Assembly (NCBI GenBank): GCA_043228905.1
Contig: JBHGNT010000018.1
Span: 10,106,001 to 10,170,000, forward strand
Source: Azolla caroliniana
Lineage: Eukaryota > Plantae > Polypodiophyta
Length of the DNA stretch: 64,000 bases
Reading direction: 5' to 3'
Shown piece by piece: positions 52,146-64,000 of this stretch (positions are counted from its first letter, which is position 1; each line of letters starts with the position of its first letter). The notes beneath the pieces are model-generated. The model had not been told where the DNA came from, made no database searches, and saw only the letters and a program-made list of their open reading frames with translations. A program made the position numbers and the translations under genes.

Positions 52146-53409
52146 TTACGTGTTTGGTGTCGTATGCATATGAGGTCAATACCTCAATTGCATATTACGA
52201 TTAACCCTTATTTTTAGATGTTTCGTGTGCGTAGAGGGTATATGCCTCGATTACGTATCTCGATTACATCATTTCTGGCTATTTTATATTACGACTTCTT
52301 TTATATATGCCTATGTGGTCACGTGTATATGTATTTGATTGTATATATGTGATAATATACATATGTGTATATAAGTTATTATGTGATTTAAATATCGAAT
52401 CTTTTCCTTTTTGGGGAAAGGATCTTGGTGACCGTCCTCACATTTTTGTGAGAATGGCGTTGTCACCATCCCCTTTTCAACAAATTTTTATTGTTGACAT
52501 CCTTATTGGTGACTTCGATTTCGTTACGTAATGAAATAATCTTAGCCACAATGGTGTTGAGATCATAGGGCTTGACCCACTTGATGTGAGGTCGCTCTTA
52601 TGACACACATATCTAACATCCCTCCCTCATTACATGGATGCGATGCCACTATGAGATCATTCTTACGAAAGGCATTCGTAATGACGTAACCATGTGATGG
52701 GCCACATGGGCCTACTACGAAAAGAGGGCTCATTTGAGTATGCCATCGTAATTACGAGACTTGAGGTTAGGTAACGTACCAACAAAGTTTGAGGTAAATG
52801 AGGGGGAAATAAAGACTCTTGACATATATGTTTCTTTTAAAAAAACATATATGGGTAAATGCCTCGCATATCTCTTATACGCATAAATATTAAACATTCA
52901 AGAAGAGCAACCTACTTGGTTGGATCAAGTGTTTAATGCATTTGTTCGTGAGGTCTCGAGTTCAAATATGACCAAGACCATACAACACCGTTGATACATA
53001 TAAACTATAACACATGTTTAGACTTCAGGTCTAAGTGCACTCGGGGTCCTCGTAATTGGACTTAAAGAGCCAAAACCACATATCTGGGCATCGAAACATA
53101 GTTTATTGTTAACATTTTTTTTGTGTATAAACTATTCATGACGCGAACATACATGGCTGAGCCTCGGGGAGCCGCCATGAAAAAATCGATATAGAGATTA
53201 GGGAAAGACATTAATTTGTCATCCCCATGGTTTTTAAAACACCTTTGTGTTACCATAGTAACCTGATCTTCAACCTCATCTCATACGTCTAGAGGGGTAT
53301 TGACATGAGATCATGATATCGATTAATGTTTGACCTTGATATGTTTACATCACGACATGATGTTATGACTATTTGTCTGACCTTATCCTATTTCATTGCT
53401 AGAAATAAT

Positions 53410-54573
53410 GATTCAATGGCTCAAAATAATGACCCGATGTCATCCGCTCAATCGGAAGGAACTCAAGGAAATCCTCCTCGACAAATGTCCATTGAGATGT
53501 ATTTTTCACAAATAAGCAAATACCTTAGTTTCACCGCTCAACAGATGACCGAACTTCGGCAATCTCAAACTGCTCTCGAGGTATGTGTCATTAGTTTACA
53601 ACGTGAGACTAATAGACCTGATGAGCGACAGGGTGAACCATCGCTTGTCGTTAAGCCATTTACGGGAGAAAAAAAGGAAATAACCGAAGAAGCAATCTGC
53701 ACGTGGCTGGACCGACAGGAGTCTCATTTTGAGCTCTATCCCACGCTAGATAGTACGAAGATTGCATATATCGGCCGAGAACTAGGGGGTAAGGCCGCCA
53801 CCTAGTGGCATGGGCTCCGAACTTTGGGGAAATTGCCCGATACCTGGACATAATTTGTCACAGTTTTTAAAGGCCAATTTCTACAACCTCCCTCTCGAAC
53901 CGAGGCAACACAAACTTTAATGAACCTCTCTAGCAAGAAATTTTCCTCGCTAGAAGACTATGTCCACCATGCTAGAACCCAAATCCAAAAATCGGGTCTA
54001 GAAGGAGACAATTGGTTAATAGCTTGTTTTGTCAATGGCATCCCCAATTCAGACTATCACTAGATAGTGCATGATAAGGATCCAAAATCTTTCGAAGAGG
54101 TCGTTGAAATAGTTCTTCACTATCAACGCACTTCGAAGAAGGAACACAACAAACCCAACGAAGTGCCTGGGACTAAGCAGTCGCAATTCGCTGGGACTAA
54201 GCAGTCGCAATTCGCTGGGAAACGCAAGACACCCAACGAATTCATGTATCGCAATTGTAAGCGACAATATCCTTTTTGTGTATTCTGCAAAAAGAAGGGT
54301 CATACAAAAGAGCAATGTCGAAAGCTCCAACGAAAAGAGCACGACAACAAAGCTAAAGCTGCAGACCATAAGGTCAGATTCCTAATGTCCTTTAGGTCTA
54401 TACACATCATTTAAGTAATTGTCAATATTCTTTCCCTCACTATGTATTGGGTCCCAATGATTTACTACGTGCAAACGGGTATGTCAATGGATCTCCCGTA
54501 CAATTTTTGTTTGATTTGGGAAGCTCACACAACTTTGTGAATGATTGTTTGGTTCAGATATGGGGAATCCAAC
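53410..54573 (+). mobile_element. Decayed gypsy-like gag-protease fragment
   Basis: FCVFCKKKGHTKEQC knuckle; VQFLFDLGSSHNFV protease; cut by a copia LTR at 54574. Confidence 0.7.
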
Positions 54574-54678
54574 TGTTGAGTGACAAGCTCAACATTGAGT
54601 GCGTAATACGGTGCGTAACCCAGTGCGTAGACTGGGGGTGCGTAAAATAGTACGCATAATGTGGTCGCGATTGTCAGG

Positions 54679-54862
54679 TGTCGAATACAAGTGTATAATG
54701 GACGTATTCACACTATCCCTTTGTATAGCTCAAGTTTGGGCCATTTGTGTAATTAGCATAAATGGTAGTTGCCCTAAGTTTGTCACTATATAAAGTGACC
54801 TAGTAACCTTTTTGTAAGGTTGGTTGTATTATTGTTTCTATTGAATAGAAAGTGTTTTTTGT

Positions 54863-54922
<60 letters not shown>

Positions 54923-57900
54923 CGATCTTGGAAACTGCCATACGCAGGTACTCAACCCCAATCGAATGCTGCTTGATCTTCCGCATCGACACGGCCTTGT
55001 CTTCAACATTTGGTATCAGAGCCTGCACAGTATTCGGTCCTTCAACCCGTTGTCGGCCGTCGTCTCAGCCTGCACAGCATTCGGTTTCTTGCGTCATTCG
55101 AAGAAGAGAGAAGAAGAAGAAAAACGAGGCTTGCATCTCATCGCGTTAGATCATCTTCGCTTGGAGTAAGCCAGCCGGTTGTACTCTGTTCCTTGTGATC
55201 GTAACCGCTCGAGGTGAAATCCCCTTGTGCAACATTGACACGATCGTGCTCCACTCGGTTAAACGGCATCCGAAGAGGTCATCAAACGCTGCTCGCCGCT
55301 CATTGTAACCACTCGGTGCAGATCGGTCTCAAGACAACAACCCAAATTCGTGCTTCATCCGGCTGATTGACATTCGGGAGGATCAGTTGGATCCGTCTCT
55401 CTCGTCGCTGCAGTCACCCGAAGCAGAATCGGTCCAGACAATCAGTTTCAATAATCGGTATTTGGCATATATATTCGGAAGCGAACCGGGCTCACTCCGA
55501 CTCGGCAACATTCGGGAAGACCAGTCGGTTCTGTCCCTCAAGTTACCGGAGTCAATTCGAGCAAGTTCAACAATACATATATCCGAAGCCGAACCGACTC
55601 GGGTTCAAATCCGACTAGAACGATATCGGGTGAGCCAACCGGCTGCACTCCAACAAGGTTCGTAGTCAACTCCGAACCGAGCTTCGTCAACCGAAACCAA
55701 ATTTGATGGCATCAACATCTGGCTCGTCAGAAATGAGTCTACGAAAGTTCGATGGATCGAACTTCAACTTCTGGAAGGAGCAAATGCAGGACTATCTCAT
55801 AGTCAAGGGGCAAATCGATCCCATCGAAAATGAAGAACCTCCAGAAGGATACAAACCAATTGAGTGGCAGAAGCTGGACAGAATCGTCCGCGCCACGATT
55901 CGGATGCACCTATCGGAAGCGGTATACTTTACGGTGCAATCGTGTACGACAGCATTCGAACTGTGGAAAACACTGTCGGACACTTACGAAAAGAAGGTCG
56001 CTGCAACAAAGATGTTTCTAATCCGGCGCCTCTACAACTTGCGGATGAAAGAATCAGATTCGGTTCAAGCACATCTCAATGAGTACGAAAGCATAAGCTC
56101 CCAAATCTCATCTCAGGGGACGGCAATCGAGGATGAACTCAGAGCAATGATACTCATGAGCAGCCTTCCCTCATCATGGGAAACTTTCGTCACAACCGTG
56201 TGCAACGCGTCAACCACGGCTGTTAAATACTCTGAAGTCACGAGCGCAATCCTGACCGAAGCAGCTTGGAGAAAGTCTTTCGCCAAAGCCTCAACAGACG
56301 ACGCTTATGTAGTACAAGGTTCGACAGAACGATCGAACATACGAGGAAGAGATTCCTCACGGCAGCCGAACAATCAGCGAAGACGGAGCCAGTCACGGGA
56401 TAATCGAATCTGCAACTATTGCAAGAAACCCGGACACATCAAAGCCGACTGCCGCGCACTCAAGAACAAGAATGACAAGTCTCAGAAATCAGACAAGAAG
56501 AGTGGCCAGCATGAGGAGATCAATTACGTCAGCTTCTCAGCTGATGTGCTACCAAACGACCCGAATATACTATCAATCGAAAATCCAGTCGGATCAGAAG
56601 TTCTGCTCACGACTGAAGAATCGAGCACATGGCTCTTAGATTCGGGCACGTCATTTCACGTGACTCCTCATCGATCCCAATTTCGGCAATATACGATCCG
56701 TCACTCCGACTCAGTTCGAGTCGGCAACTCGCAACACTGTGACATCATTGGAATCGGCACAGTAGAGCTCAACCTTGCAGGTGGCTCTACACTTGTACTT
56801 CACAATGTCCGACATGTACCCGAGCTCTCAAGGCCATTGATCTCAGTCGGACAACTAGATGAAGACGGCATTCGTGCCGGTTTTTCTTCGGGAGGGTGGA
56901 CACTCCACAGGGGGAACCTCCTGCTTGCTAGAGGACCCAAGATACACTCACTGTATCCGTTACATGTTACGCTCAGAGAGGGTAACCTGTTTTTGGTGGA
57001 TATTCCTGTGTCATCACTATGGCACAGAAGATTAGGACACCTCAGCAAGGCCGGCATTACGCACCTATCTAGAGCCGGATACATCCCTAAACTCTCTTTC
57101 TCGGACCATCAATTCTGCGAACATTGCCAGTATGGCAAACAAGCAGCCGCATCACACCCGACATCAGCACCAAGAGAAACGAGACCTCTCGATTTAGTCC
57201 ACTCGGACGTCTGTGGCCCAATGCCGCATCAGTCTCTCGGCGATGCCTCTTACTTCGTCAGTTTTATTGACGATTCGACTCGAAAGGTGTGGGCTTATCC
57301 AATTCGCACCAAAGATCGTGTCTTCTCGATCTTCTCCGATTGGCTCGCTATGGTAGAAAATCAAACTGATCGAAAACTGAAATGCTTTCGGACCGACAAT
57401 GGGGGAGAGTTCAAATCAGAAGAATTCGTCAAATTCTGCCGACAACGCGGCATCCGACGTGAATTTACGGCACCACACAGTCCGGAGCAAAACGGGATTG
57501 CAGAACGCATGAATCGGACAATCCAAGAACGGATAGTTTCCATGCTCCAACACTCCGGACTGTCGGATGGCTTCTGGGTAGAGGCTCTACTCACGGCAGT
57601 ACACATAATCAATATGTCGCCAAGCAGACCTCTAGGACTTCAAATTCCTCAGGAACTATGGATCGGCAGTAAGCCGAATTACGACAAGCTGAGGATCTTC
57701 GGATGCGAGGCATACGCCCTTATTCCGAAAGATGATCGCCGAAAACTTGCACCTCGGTCCAGGAAATGCATTTTCCTTGGATATGGATCAGACGGCGAAA
57801 TGGGATACCGACTCTGGGACCCCGAACGCAGACAAATCGTTCGAAGTTCGGACGTTGTGTTCAACGAGTCGGCTATGAATCCATCAGTCAAAACACCGAT

Positions 57901-60114
57901 CGAAGTCCGAAGGGTAACATTTTCCGATGTGCCGACCCTTCAAGAAGGCCCCGCTCTTAACACACGGTCAGCTTCACGGGTAGCTGAACCTTCCACTACC
58001 GACTCGGACAACTCTGACTCGGCACAGCAGAATAATCCGCTTTCGGACCATCCGACCTCGATACCCGATACGACCAGTTCAATCATACCTCGACGATCCG
58101 AGAGACTGTCGCAACCTCCGGAGAGGTATTCTCCTGGAATTTTCTTCACCGATGCCGGCGAACCGACGTCTTACGAAGAAGCATCGACATCTGTCGATTC
58201 AGCCACCTGGCATCTGGCGATGGAGTCGGAAATGCACTCCATTCGGGCAAACAAGACTTGGGATCTGGTCGAACTACCTAAGAATCGACGTGCTCTTCCT
58301 TGCAAGTGGGTTTATCGACTAAAAGAGACGTCTGATTCGACCACCCCAAAGTACAAGGCCAGATTAGTTGCGAAGGGCTTCCGACAAGAATATGGCGTCG
58401 ACTTCGACGAGATTTTTTCACCAGTGGTGAAAATGACAACCCTTCGTTTTCTACTCGGCGTAGTGGCAGCCGACAACTTGGAGCTGATTCAGCTAGATGT
58501 CAAAACAACCTTCCTCCATGGTGATCTTGAAGAGGAAATTTATATGGAGCAGCCAAAAGGCTTCGTGGCCACTGGCCAAGAACATCTAGTCTGCCGACTC
58601 AGGAAGAGTCTATACGGCCTCAAACAGGCACCGCGACAATGGTACAAGAAGTTCGACGACTTCATCCAATCGATCGGCTTCTCCAAAAGCGATGAGGAAC
58701 ATTGTCTTTTTACCAACACAGCTCAAGATGGATCACCCATCTTCCTCATCATTTACGTGGACGACATGCTAATTTCTGGACGCCACGCGGGCGAACTTGT
58801 CGATCTCATTCGGCAATTGCGGTTGAAGTTTGCCATGAAGGACCTCGGTCCGGCACGACACATACTTGGCATGAAGATTAGTCGGCATCGCGATAAACGA
58901 CATCTTTTTTTGTCTCAGACCGACTATATCGGACGTGTCTTGGAACGCTTCAACATGCAATCAGCCAAATCTGCTTCAACCCCGCTCCCCATGAATCTTC
59001 GGCTCTCTCAGCGAGACTGCCCGACATCCGGTCCGGAGGGGGAAGATATGAAGTCGGTACCGTATGCACCGGTAGTCGGCTCCCTTATGTACCTGATGGT
59101 CGCGACACGGCCTGATATCTCTCATGCCGTAGGAGTCGTTAGCAGATTTATGCACAATCCTGGCCGATCGCATTGGAACGCAGTCAAGCATGTGTTCAAA
59201 TATCTGGCTGGCACAAAAGACCACGGCATTCTTTTCGGTCCGAACTCGACCTCGGGCGTTGTCGGTTACACCGACTCGGACTTCGCCGGCTGTATAGACA
59301 GTCGGAAATCAACAACTGGATACTACTTCAAATTCGGCAATGGAGCAATTTCGTGGAAGTCGAAACTTCAGGAGTGCACAGCGACCTCAACGACCGAAGC
59401 AGAATATGTAGCTGCGTCCGACACTGCAAAAGAAGCTTTGTGGCTCGGCCGGCTGGCGCACACGTTTCGACAAGTCGACCATGACTCGGCCCCAGTTGTC
59501 TATAGCGACAGTCAAGGTGTTGTTGCCTTGTCGAAAAATCCGGTTCACCACAACGCCTCCAAACATATCGACGTTCGATATCACTTCGTTCGGGACTGCG
59601 TCATTTCAGGGAAAATCGGTCTAGAGAAAATATCCACAACCGACAATGTCGCAGATGGAATGACCAAGTGTCTCTCGGCAGACCGCTTTCGGTCCCTTCG
59701 GCATCAGATGGGCGTAACGACAAACCAGTCCGGTTAGAGCCGGACACAGCGCAGGATGGTTTCAGACAACCGACATCAGTTCCTTAATGATCGGCTTCAA
59801 CTCTTCTGACCCGACCAGTCCGGTCTTCTGCCTTCGGACCCTGCCGACTCGAACAAAACTGATATGTCCGAGAACCTAGGTTTATACCTGTAATCTTAGA
59901 TAACCCATGTATACGCCCATTACGGGGGAGTGTCGAATACAAGTGTATAATGGACGTATTCACACTATCCCTTTGTATAGCTCAAGTTTGGGCCATTTGT
60001 GTAATTAGCATAAATGGTAGTTGCCCTAAGTTTGTCACTATATAAAGTGACCTAGTAACCTTTTTGTAAGGTTGGTTGTATTATTGTTTCTATTGAATAG
60101 AAAGTGTTTTTTGT

Positions 60115-60151
<37 letters not shown>

Positions 60152-60238
60152 ACGATCTTGGAAACTGCCATACGCAGGTACTCAACCCCAATCGAATGCT
60201 GCTTGATCTTCCGCATCGACACGGCCTTGTCTTCAACA
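54679..60238 (+). mobile_element. Young full-length Ty1/copia element; LTRs 54679-55008 and 59931-60238; TSD TCAGG
   Basis: LTRs identical except in the (CT)n tract. PBS tggtatcagagc at 55011-55022; PPT gggggag; TSD at 54674-54678 and 60239-60243. Confidence 0.97.
55706..59737 (+). CDS. Copia gag-pol polyprotein (GAG-PR-IN-RT-RH), uninterrupted
   Basis: CNYCKKPGH, WLLDSG, HSDVCGP..RTDNGGEF..ERMNRT, YVDDML, YTDSD, TTEAEY, ADGMTK. Confidence 0.96.
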   Translation: MASTSGSSEMSLRKFDGSNFNFWKEQMQDYLIVKGQIDPIENEEPPEGYKPIEWQKLDRIVRATIRMHLSEAVYFTVQSCTTAFELWKTLSDTYEKKVAATKMFLIRRLYNLRMKESDSVQAHLNEYESISSQISSQGTAIEDELRAMILMSSLPSSWETFVTTVCNASTTAVKYSEVTSAILTEAAWRKSFAKASTDDAYVVQGSTERSNIRGRDSSRQPNNQRRRSQSRDNRICNYCKKPGHIKADCRALKNKNDKSQKSDKKSGQHEEINYVSFSADVLPNDPNILSIENPVGSEVLLTTEESSTWLLDSGTSFHVTPHRSQFRQYTIRHSDSVRVGNSQHCDIIGIGTVELNLAGGSTLVLHNVRHVPELSRPLISVGQLDEDGIRAGFSSGGWTLHRGNLLLARGPKIHSLYPLHVTLREGNLFLVDIPVSSLWHRRLGHLSKAGITHLSRAGYIPKLSFSDHQFCEHCQYGKQAAASHPTSAPRETRPLDLVHSDVCGPMPHQSLGDASYFVSFIDDSTRKVWAYPIRTKDRVFSIFSDWLAMVENQTDRKLKCFRTDNGGEFKSEEFVKFCRQRGIRREFTAPHSPEQNGIAERMNRTIQERIVSMLQHSGLSDGFWVEALLTAVHIINMSPSRPLGLQIPQELWIGSKPNYDKLRIFGCEAYALIPKDDRRKLAPRSRKCIFLGYGSDGEMGYRLWDPERRQIVRSSDVVFNESAMNPSVKTPIEVRRVTFSDVPTLQEGPALNTRSASRVAEPSTTDSDNSDSAQQNNPLSDHPTSIPDTTSSIIPRRSERLSQPPERYSPGIFFTDAGEPTSYEEASTSVDSATWHLAMESEMHSIRANKTWDLVELPKNRRALPCKWVYRLKETSDSTTPKYKARLVAKGFRQEYGVDFDEIFSPVVKMTTLRFLLGVVAADNLELIQLDVKTTFLHGDLEEEIYMEQPKGFVATGQEHLVCRLRKSLYGLKQAPRQWYKKFDDFIQSIGFSKSDEEHCLFTNTAQDGSPIFLIIYVDDMLISGRHAGELVDLIRQLRLKFAMKDLGPARHILGMKISRHRDKRHLFLSQTDYIGRVLERFNMQSAKSASTPLPMNLRLSQRDCPTSGPEGEDMKSVPYAPVVGSLMYLMVATRPDISHAVGVVSRFMHNPGRSHWNAVKHVFKYLAGTKDHGILFGPNSTSGVVGYTDSDFAGCIDSRKSTTGYYFKFGNGAISWKSKLQECTATSTTEAEYVAASDTAKEALWLGRLAHTFRQVDHDSAPVVYSDSQGVVALSKNPVHHNASKHIDVRYHFVRDCVISGKIGLEKISTTDNVADGMTKCLSADRFRSLRHQMGVTTNQSG

Positions 60239-63200
60239 TCAGGGCTTGTATATAAGGTGCTCACTGAGCATAAAGTATGTACAAAATAGAGCATTATTTT
60301 TTGAATCTGAGTTTCTGTTATCTGCTCACTCTTTCTCTTCCCCTCCATTTCCATCTCTGCGTTTTCTGTGTTTTACCGAACTGTGTACTCTGTGTCTTAC
60401 GCACATGCTTCTGCACAACGTATTCCTTTACATGGTATCAAAGCGCGAGGGTTGAAGTCCTCTACAACTGACAAGAAAACATTGCGTCAAACAGAGCTGA
60501 AGGTTCTTGCTTTTTGGAAGAAATAAGACAATACTATGGACAAAGGAATGGGAAGCTTACTTCCGACTGAAAAGGTTGACAGAAGCAACTACGCATCTTG
60601 GTCATACAAGATGCACCCGTACCTTATCAGCCATGGCTATTGGAGTTATGTCGAAGGAGCAAACGATGTGGCACCCGACTTGACACATAGGGACTATCCA
60701 GCTTGGGAACAAGCGGCAAGCAGAGTGTTGTACTACTTCGCGTCCTGTGTGAGCGATCAACTTTTGAGCTTTATTCGGGATGCCAAGACACCGAAGGACA
60801 CGTGGGCGAATCTCAAAAGGATTTTTGCCGCCAGCACAATGGCCAGAAAGCTGAAGCTCAAATAGGAGCTCAGTAATGTATGACAAAGAGATATGTCGGT
60901 GGCTGATTACACCACCAAGATCAAAGAAATCTGCGACTCTCTCGCCTCCGTCAATGTGAACATCGAGGAAGATGAAATGGTACAGGTTTGTCTTGGTGGC
61001 TTGGCGTCAAAGTTCGAACCTTTCCGAACGACAATCTAGAGGAGGGAGAATACGCCTTCGTTTTTTGAGCTTCAGTCAATGTTGCTCGTAGAAGAAAACC
61101 ACGCGGGTGCCAAGATGCTCTACACGGAGGATGATAGGCCCCGTGGTCATGGTAAACGAGGCGGATCGGTGCGCATTGGAGGCGGCCGAAAAGAGCAGAA
61201 TGTACGGCATAATCGAGATGTCGGAAGCAATTCCGAACCCTCCGGAAGTAGGGGGAGTCATGGCGGCGCCGAAAGACAGCAAGAGAAGGCCGCGTTGGAA
61301 TGCTGGTATTGTGGCAAGAAAGGCCACAAGGAGAGCGAGCGCTGGAAAAAGCGAGCCGACTCGGACAAAGCTGGACCGAGCAGAAGAGATGCAGGAAGGC
61401 GTCAAAGATCGCATTACGTTGAGGGCTCTGAACGAGCCGGAAATGGAGCGGGCCCTGCCTTCGTAATGAAGCATAAAGCCAATTCAATGGCTGTGAACAC
61501 CTCGAAATCGAGCGAGGTGTGGTATGTGGATTCCGGAGCGTCAAATCATATGACGAGTCACGAGGAGTGGTTCTCATACTTGGAGAAACCGGAATCACAA
61601 GGAGTGGTCGAAATGGGAGACGACACTCCCCACACCATCCAACATGTCGGCGAAGTTCCCCTCAACCACGTCGGGCAGAAAGGGAAGCTAATGAACGTGT
61701 TGCACGTCCCGACAGTAACAAAGAACCTTGTGTCGGTCGGACAGATTGTCGACCAAGGTATGCAAGTTCGATTCACGCATCTTGGTTGCTTCATCGAAGA
61801 GGAAGGCAAAGTGATCGCGCAAGGGCGCCGTGAAGGGAGGATGTTTATCCTCGAACCAATAATGTGGGCACCGCAATGTTCGCAAAAGGACAGAAGATCG
61901 AGTCGGATATCGACATGTGGCACAAGTGGTTCGGCCACGTAAATTTCCCGTAGCTTCGTGAGATGCAGACAAAGAACGTTGTTTTTGGTTTGCCGAAATT
62001 TCGGGGCCGTAATGCCCAAGTCTGCGAAGCCTGCCAGATGAGAAAACAACACCGACTTCCATTCCCCAACGAGCATAATCAAAGTCGTAATCCGCTCAAT
62101 TTGATCCATTCGGATGTATGGGGTTCGACACAGAACGTGAGTCTCGATGGAAGCCATTACTTTGTAACCTTCATCGATGACTTCACTCGGTACACGTGGG
62201 CATGCATGATTGAGAAGAAGAGCGAAGTCTTCGCATGTTTCCTAAAGGTGAAGAGCCTTGCGGAAAGAGAAACAGGGCACAACATCAAATGCCTACGGTC
62301 CGATGGCAGGAAGGAGTACTTCTCCGACCAATTCACAAGTTATCTACAGAAGGAGGGAATTCGACGCGAATTCTCGTGTAGATATACGCTAGAGCAGAAC
62401 GGCGTAGCCGAGCGGAAGAATCCAACGATTGAAGAAGCAGCCAGGGCAATGCTTGAAGAGAAGCATATGCCGAAATTCTATTGGGTCGAAGCCGTGAAGA
62501 CGGATGTCTACTTGTAGAATTGGACTTCTGCTAATGGAGGAGTGTCGCCACATGAGTTGTATTTCGGGAAGAAGCCGAACTTGGCACACTTGAGGATTTT
62601 CGGAAGCCGAACTTGCCACACATGCCGAAGGAGAAAAGGAGGAAACTGGATGCTAAAGCTGAGAAATGTATCTTGGTCGGCTATTCAGATGAGTAGAAAG
62701 GGTATAAGTGTTATAACCCTCGAACAAAGGAAGTATGTGTAAGCCATGACGTCGTGTTCGCGAGTCTGCTTCGTGGTACCTGCCTTCTCCTCTAGAACCT
62801 CATGACTCTATTCTGATTTCTGAAAAAGAAATCAGCGAGGTTGAAATGCCTCCGCATGATGAGGACGTCGGAGCTCTGAGAGAGAGTCCGATCTCATTTC
62901 GGCTAAGCGGGCCGAATGAGAGGTTGGACCGAGATGGCCAACCAGATGATGAGACGACGAGTAGTGGAGACTCAGCCGTGATGTCCCCGCGTAAAGAACC
63001 GAGGAGATGGTTTACGCACAAGTAGAAGGGCAAGAAGAAAATGTCGGAGTACGATTTCGGTAGCGTCGAGTCAATTCGAAGCGAATCTGCCATCGAGCCG
63101 ATCATAAAGGAACCTCCACGGAAGAGGTCAAAATCGACCGAAAAGGTCGTGAAATCAGGCAATCACGAGGTACGCCGATCTACCCGCCAAAAGAACCCTA

Positions 63201-64000
63201 TTGTGCGGTTCGGATACAATGAGTACATGGCGCATCACTATGCGTACATGACCCGTGTAGCGGAAGTGCGTGAGCCGGAAAGCTATGCAGAAGTGGTGAA
63301 GGACGCGAATTGGCGTGCCGCAATGGAGGAAGAGATGCGCGCATTGGCAGAGAATGAAACTTGGGACCTGGTTGACGCACCGAAAGGTGTGAAGCCGATC
63401 GAATGTAGGTGGGTGTACAAGGTCAAGTACAACACTGACGGCTCGGTCAACCGATACAAAGCCCGGTTAGTAGCCAAAGGCTACGTGCAGAAACACGGCA
63501 TCGACTATGATGAGACGTTTGCGCCGGTCGCGAAGATGACGACCGTCCATGTTTTGCTTGTGGTAGTTGCTGCAAACGAGTGGCACTTACATAAGATGGA
63601 TGTAAAGAACACGTTCCTACAAGGTGATCTTGAGGAGCAGGTGTACTTGGTACAGCCCCCCGGATTTCTATCCAAGCAAAATACCTCGGCAGTTTGCCGA
63701 TTGAAGAAGTCCTTATATGGACTAAAGCAAGCCCCACGAGCTTGGAACGCAAAGATTACGCAACAGTTGCGTAGGATGGGGTTTGCACCGTCGAAATCGG
63801 ACTCCTCTCTATTTGTTCGGCAAGGTCAATATGGACCGTTCATCCTACTCTTGTACGTTGATGATTTAGTCATCGCTGGTGCCGACCTTGATGAAATCTG
63901 CCGCGTGAAGTCTCAGCTTGCGGCATCGTTTGAAATGAAGGATCTCGGAGACCTTCATTACTTCCTCGGGATCGAAGCGATCCGTACCCCTAAAGGCATA

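Larger units (their letters stand above)
54574..64000 (+). mobile_element. Decayed copia related to the 30199-34965 element; its 5' LTR (54574-54678 + 60244-60432) is split by a younger copia; runs off the window
   Basis: LTR start tgttgagtgacaagctcaaca. PBS tggtatcaaagc at 60433. gag CWYCGKKGH, WYVDSGAS, IHSDVWG, LLYVDDLV with stops and frameshifts. Confidence 0.88.

Noticed and set aside
54786-55198. ERERER / LSLSLS ORFs
   Set aside because: (CT)n microsatellite in the LTR

Overview
Repeat-rich land-plant genomic DNA, probably from a non-flowering lineage (inference from gene and TE style). One host gene is present: a 22-exon STE20/MAP4K (FRAY2/OSR1-BLUS1-like) Ser/Thr kinase on the minus strand (CDS 16144-43014, about 767 aa), with a ~14-kb first coding intron full of TEs. 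The rest is nested Ty1/copia, Ty3/gypsy, RTE/RTEX-like and L1-like elements, including one very young, ORF-intact copia (54679-60238). The most unusual object is at 1-7337: the right part of a CMC-superfamily (Chapaev/Mirage-like) DNA transposon ending in ...CCCGGTG and inserted into a copia. It carries a 917-aa transposase with a BAH-like C-terminus. Divergently it carries a spliced cargo gene that fuses a ParB/Srx-like domain to a beta-class amino (N4C/N6A) DNA methyltransferase domain (DIPY motif). The first intron of that cargo gene holds about 14-15 copies of a 23-bp palindrome (AATCCGATGCAnTGCATCGGATT). A second notable signal is a conserved PIP-box-like motif (QxxITTFF) in the C-terminal tail of the local LINE family. 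All calls come from manual motif and splice-site reading; no database searches were run.
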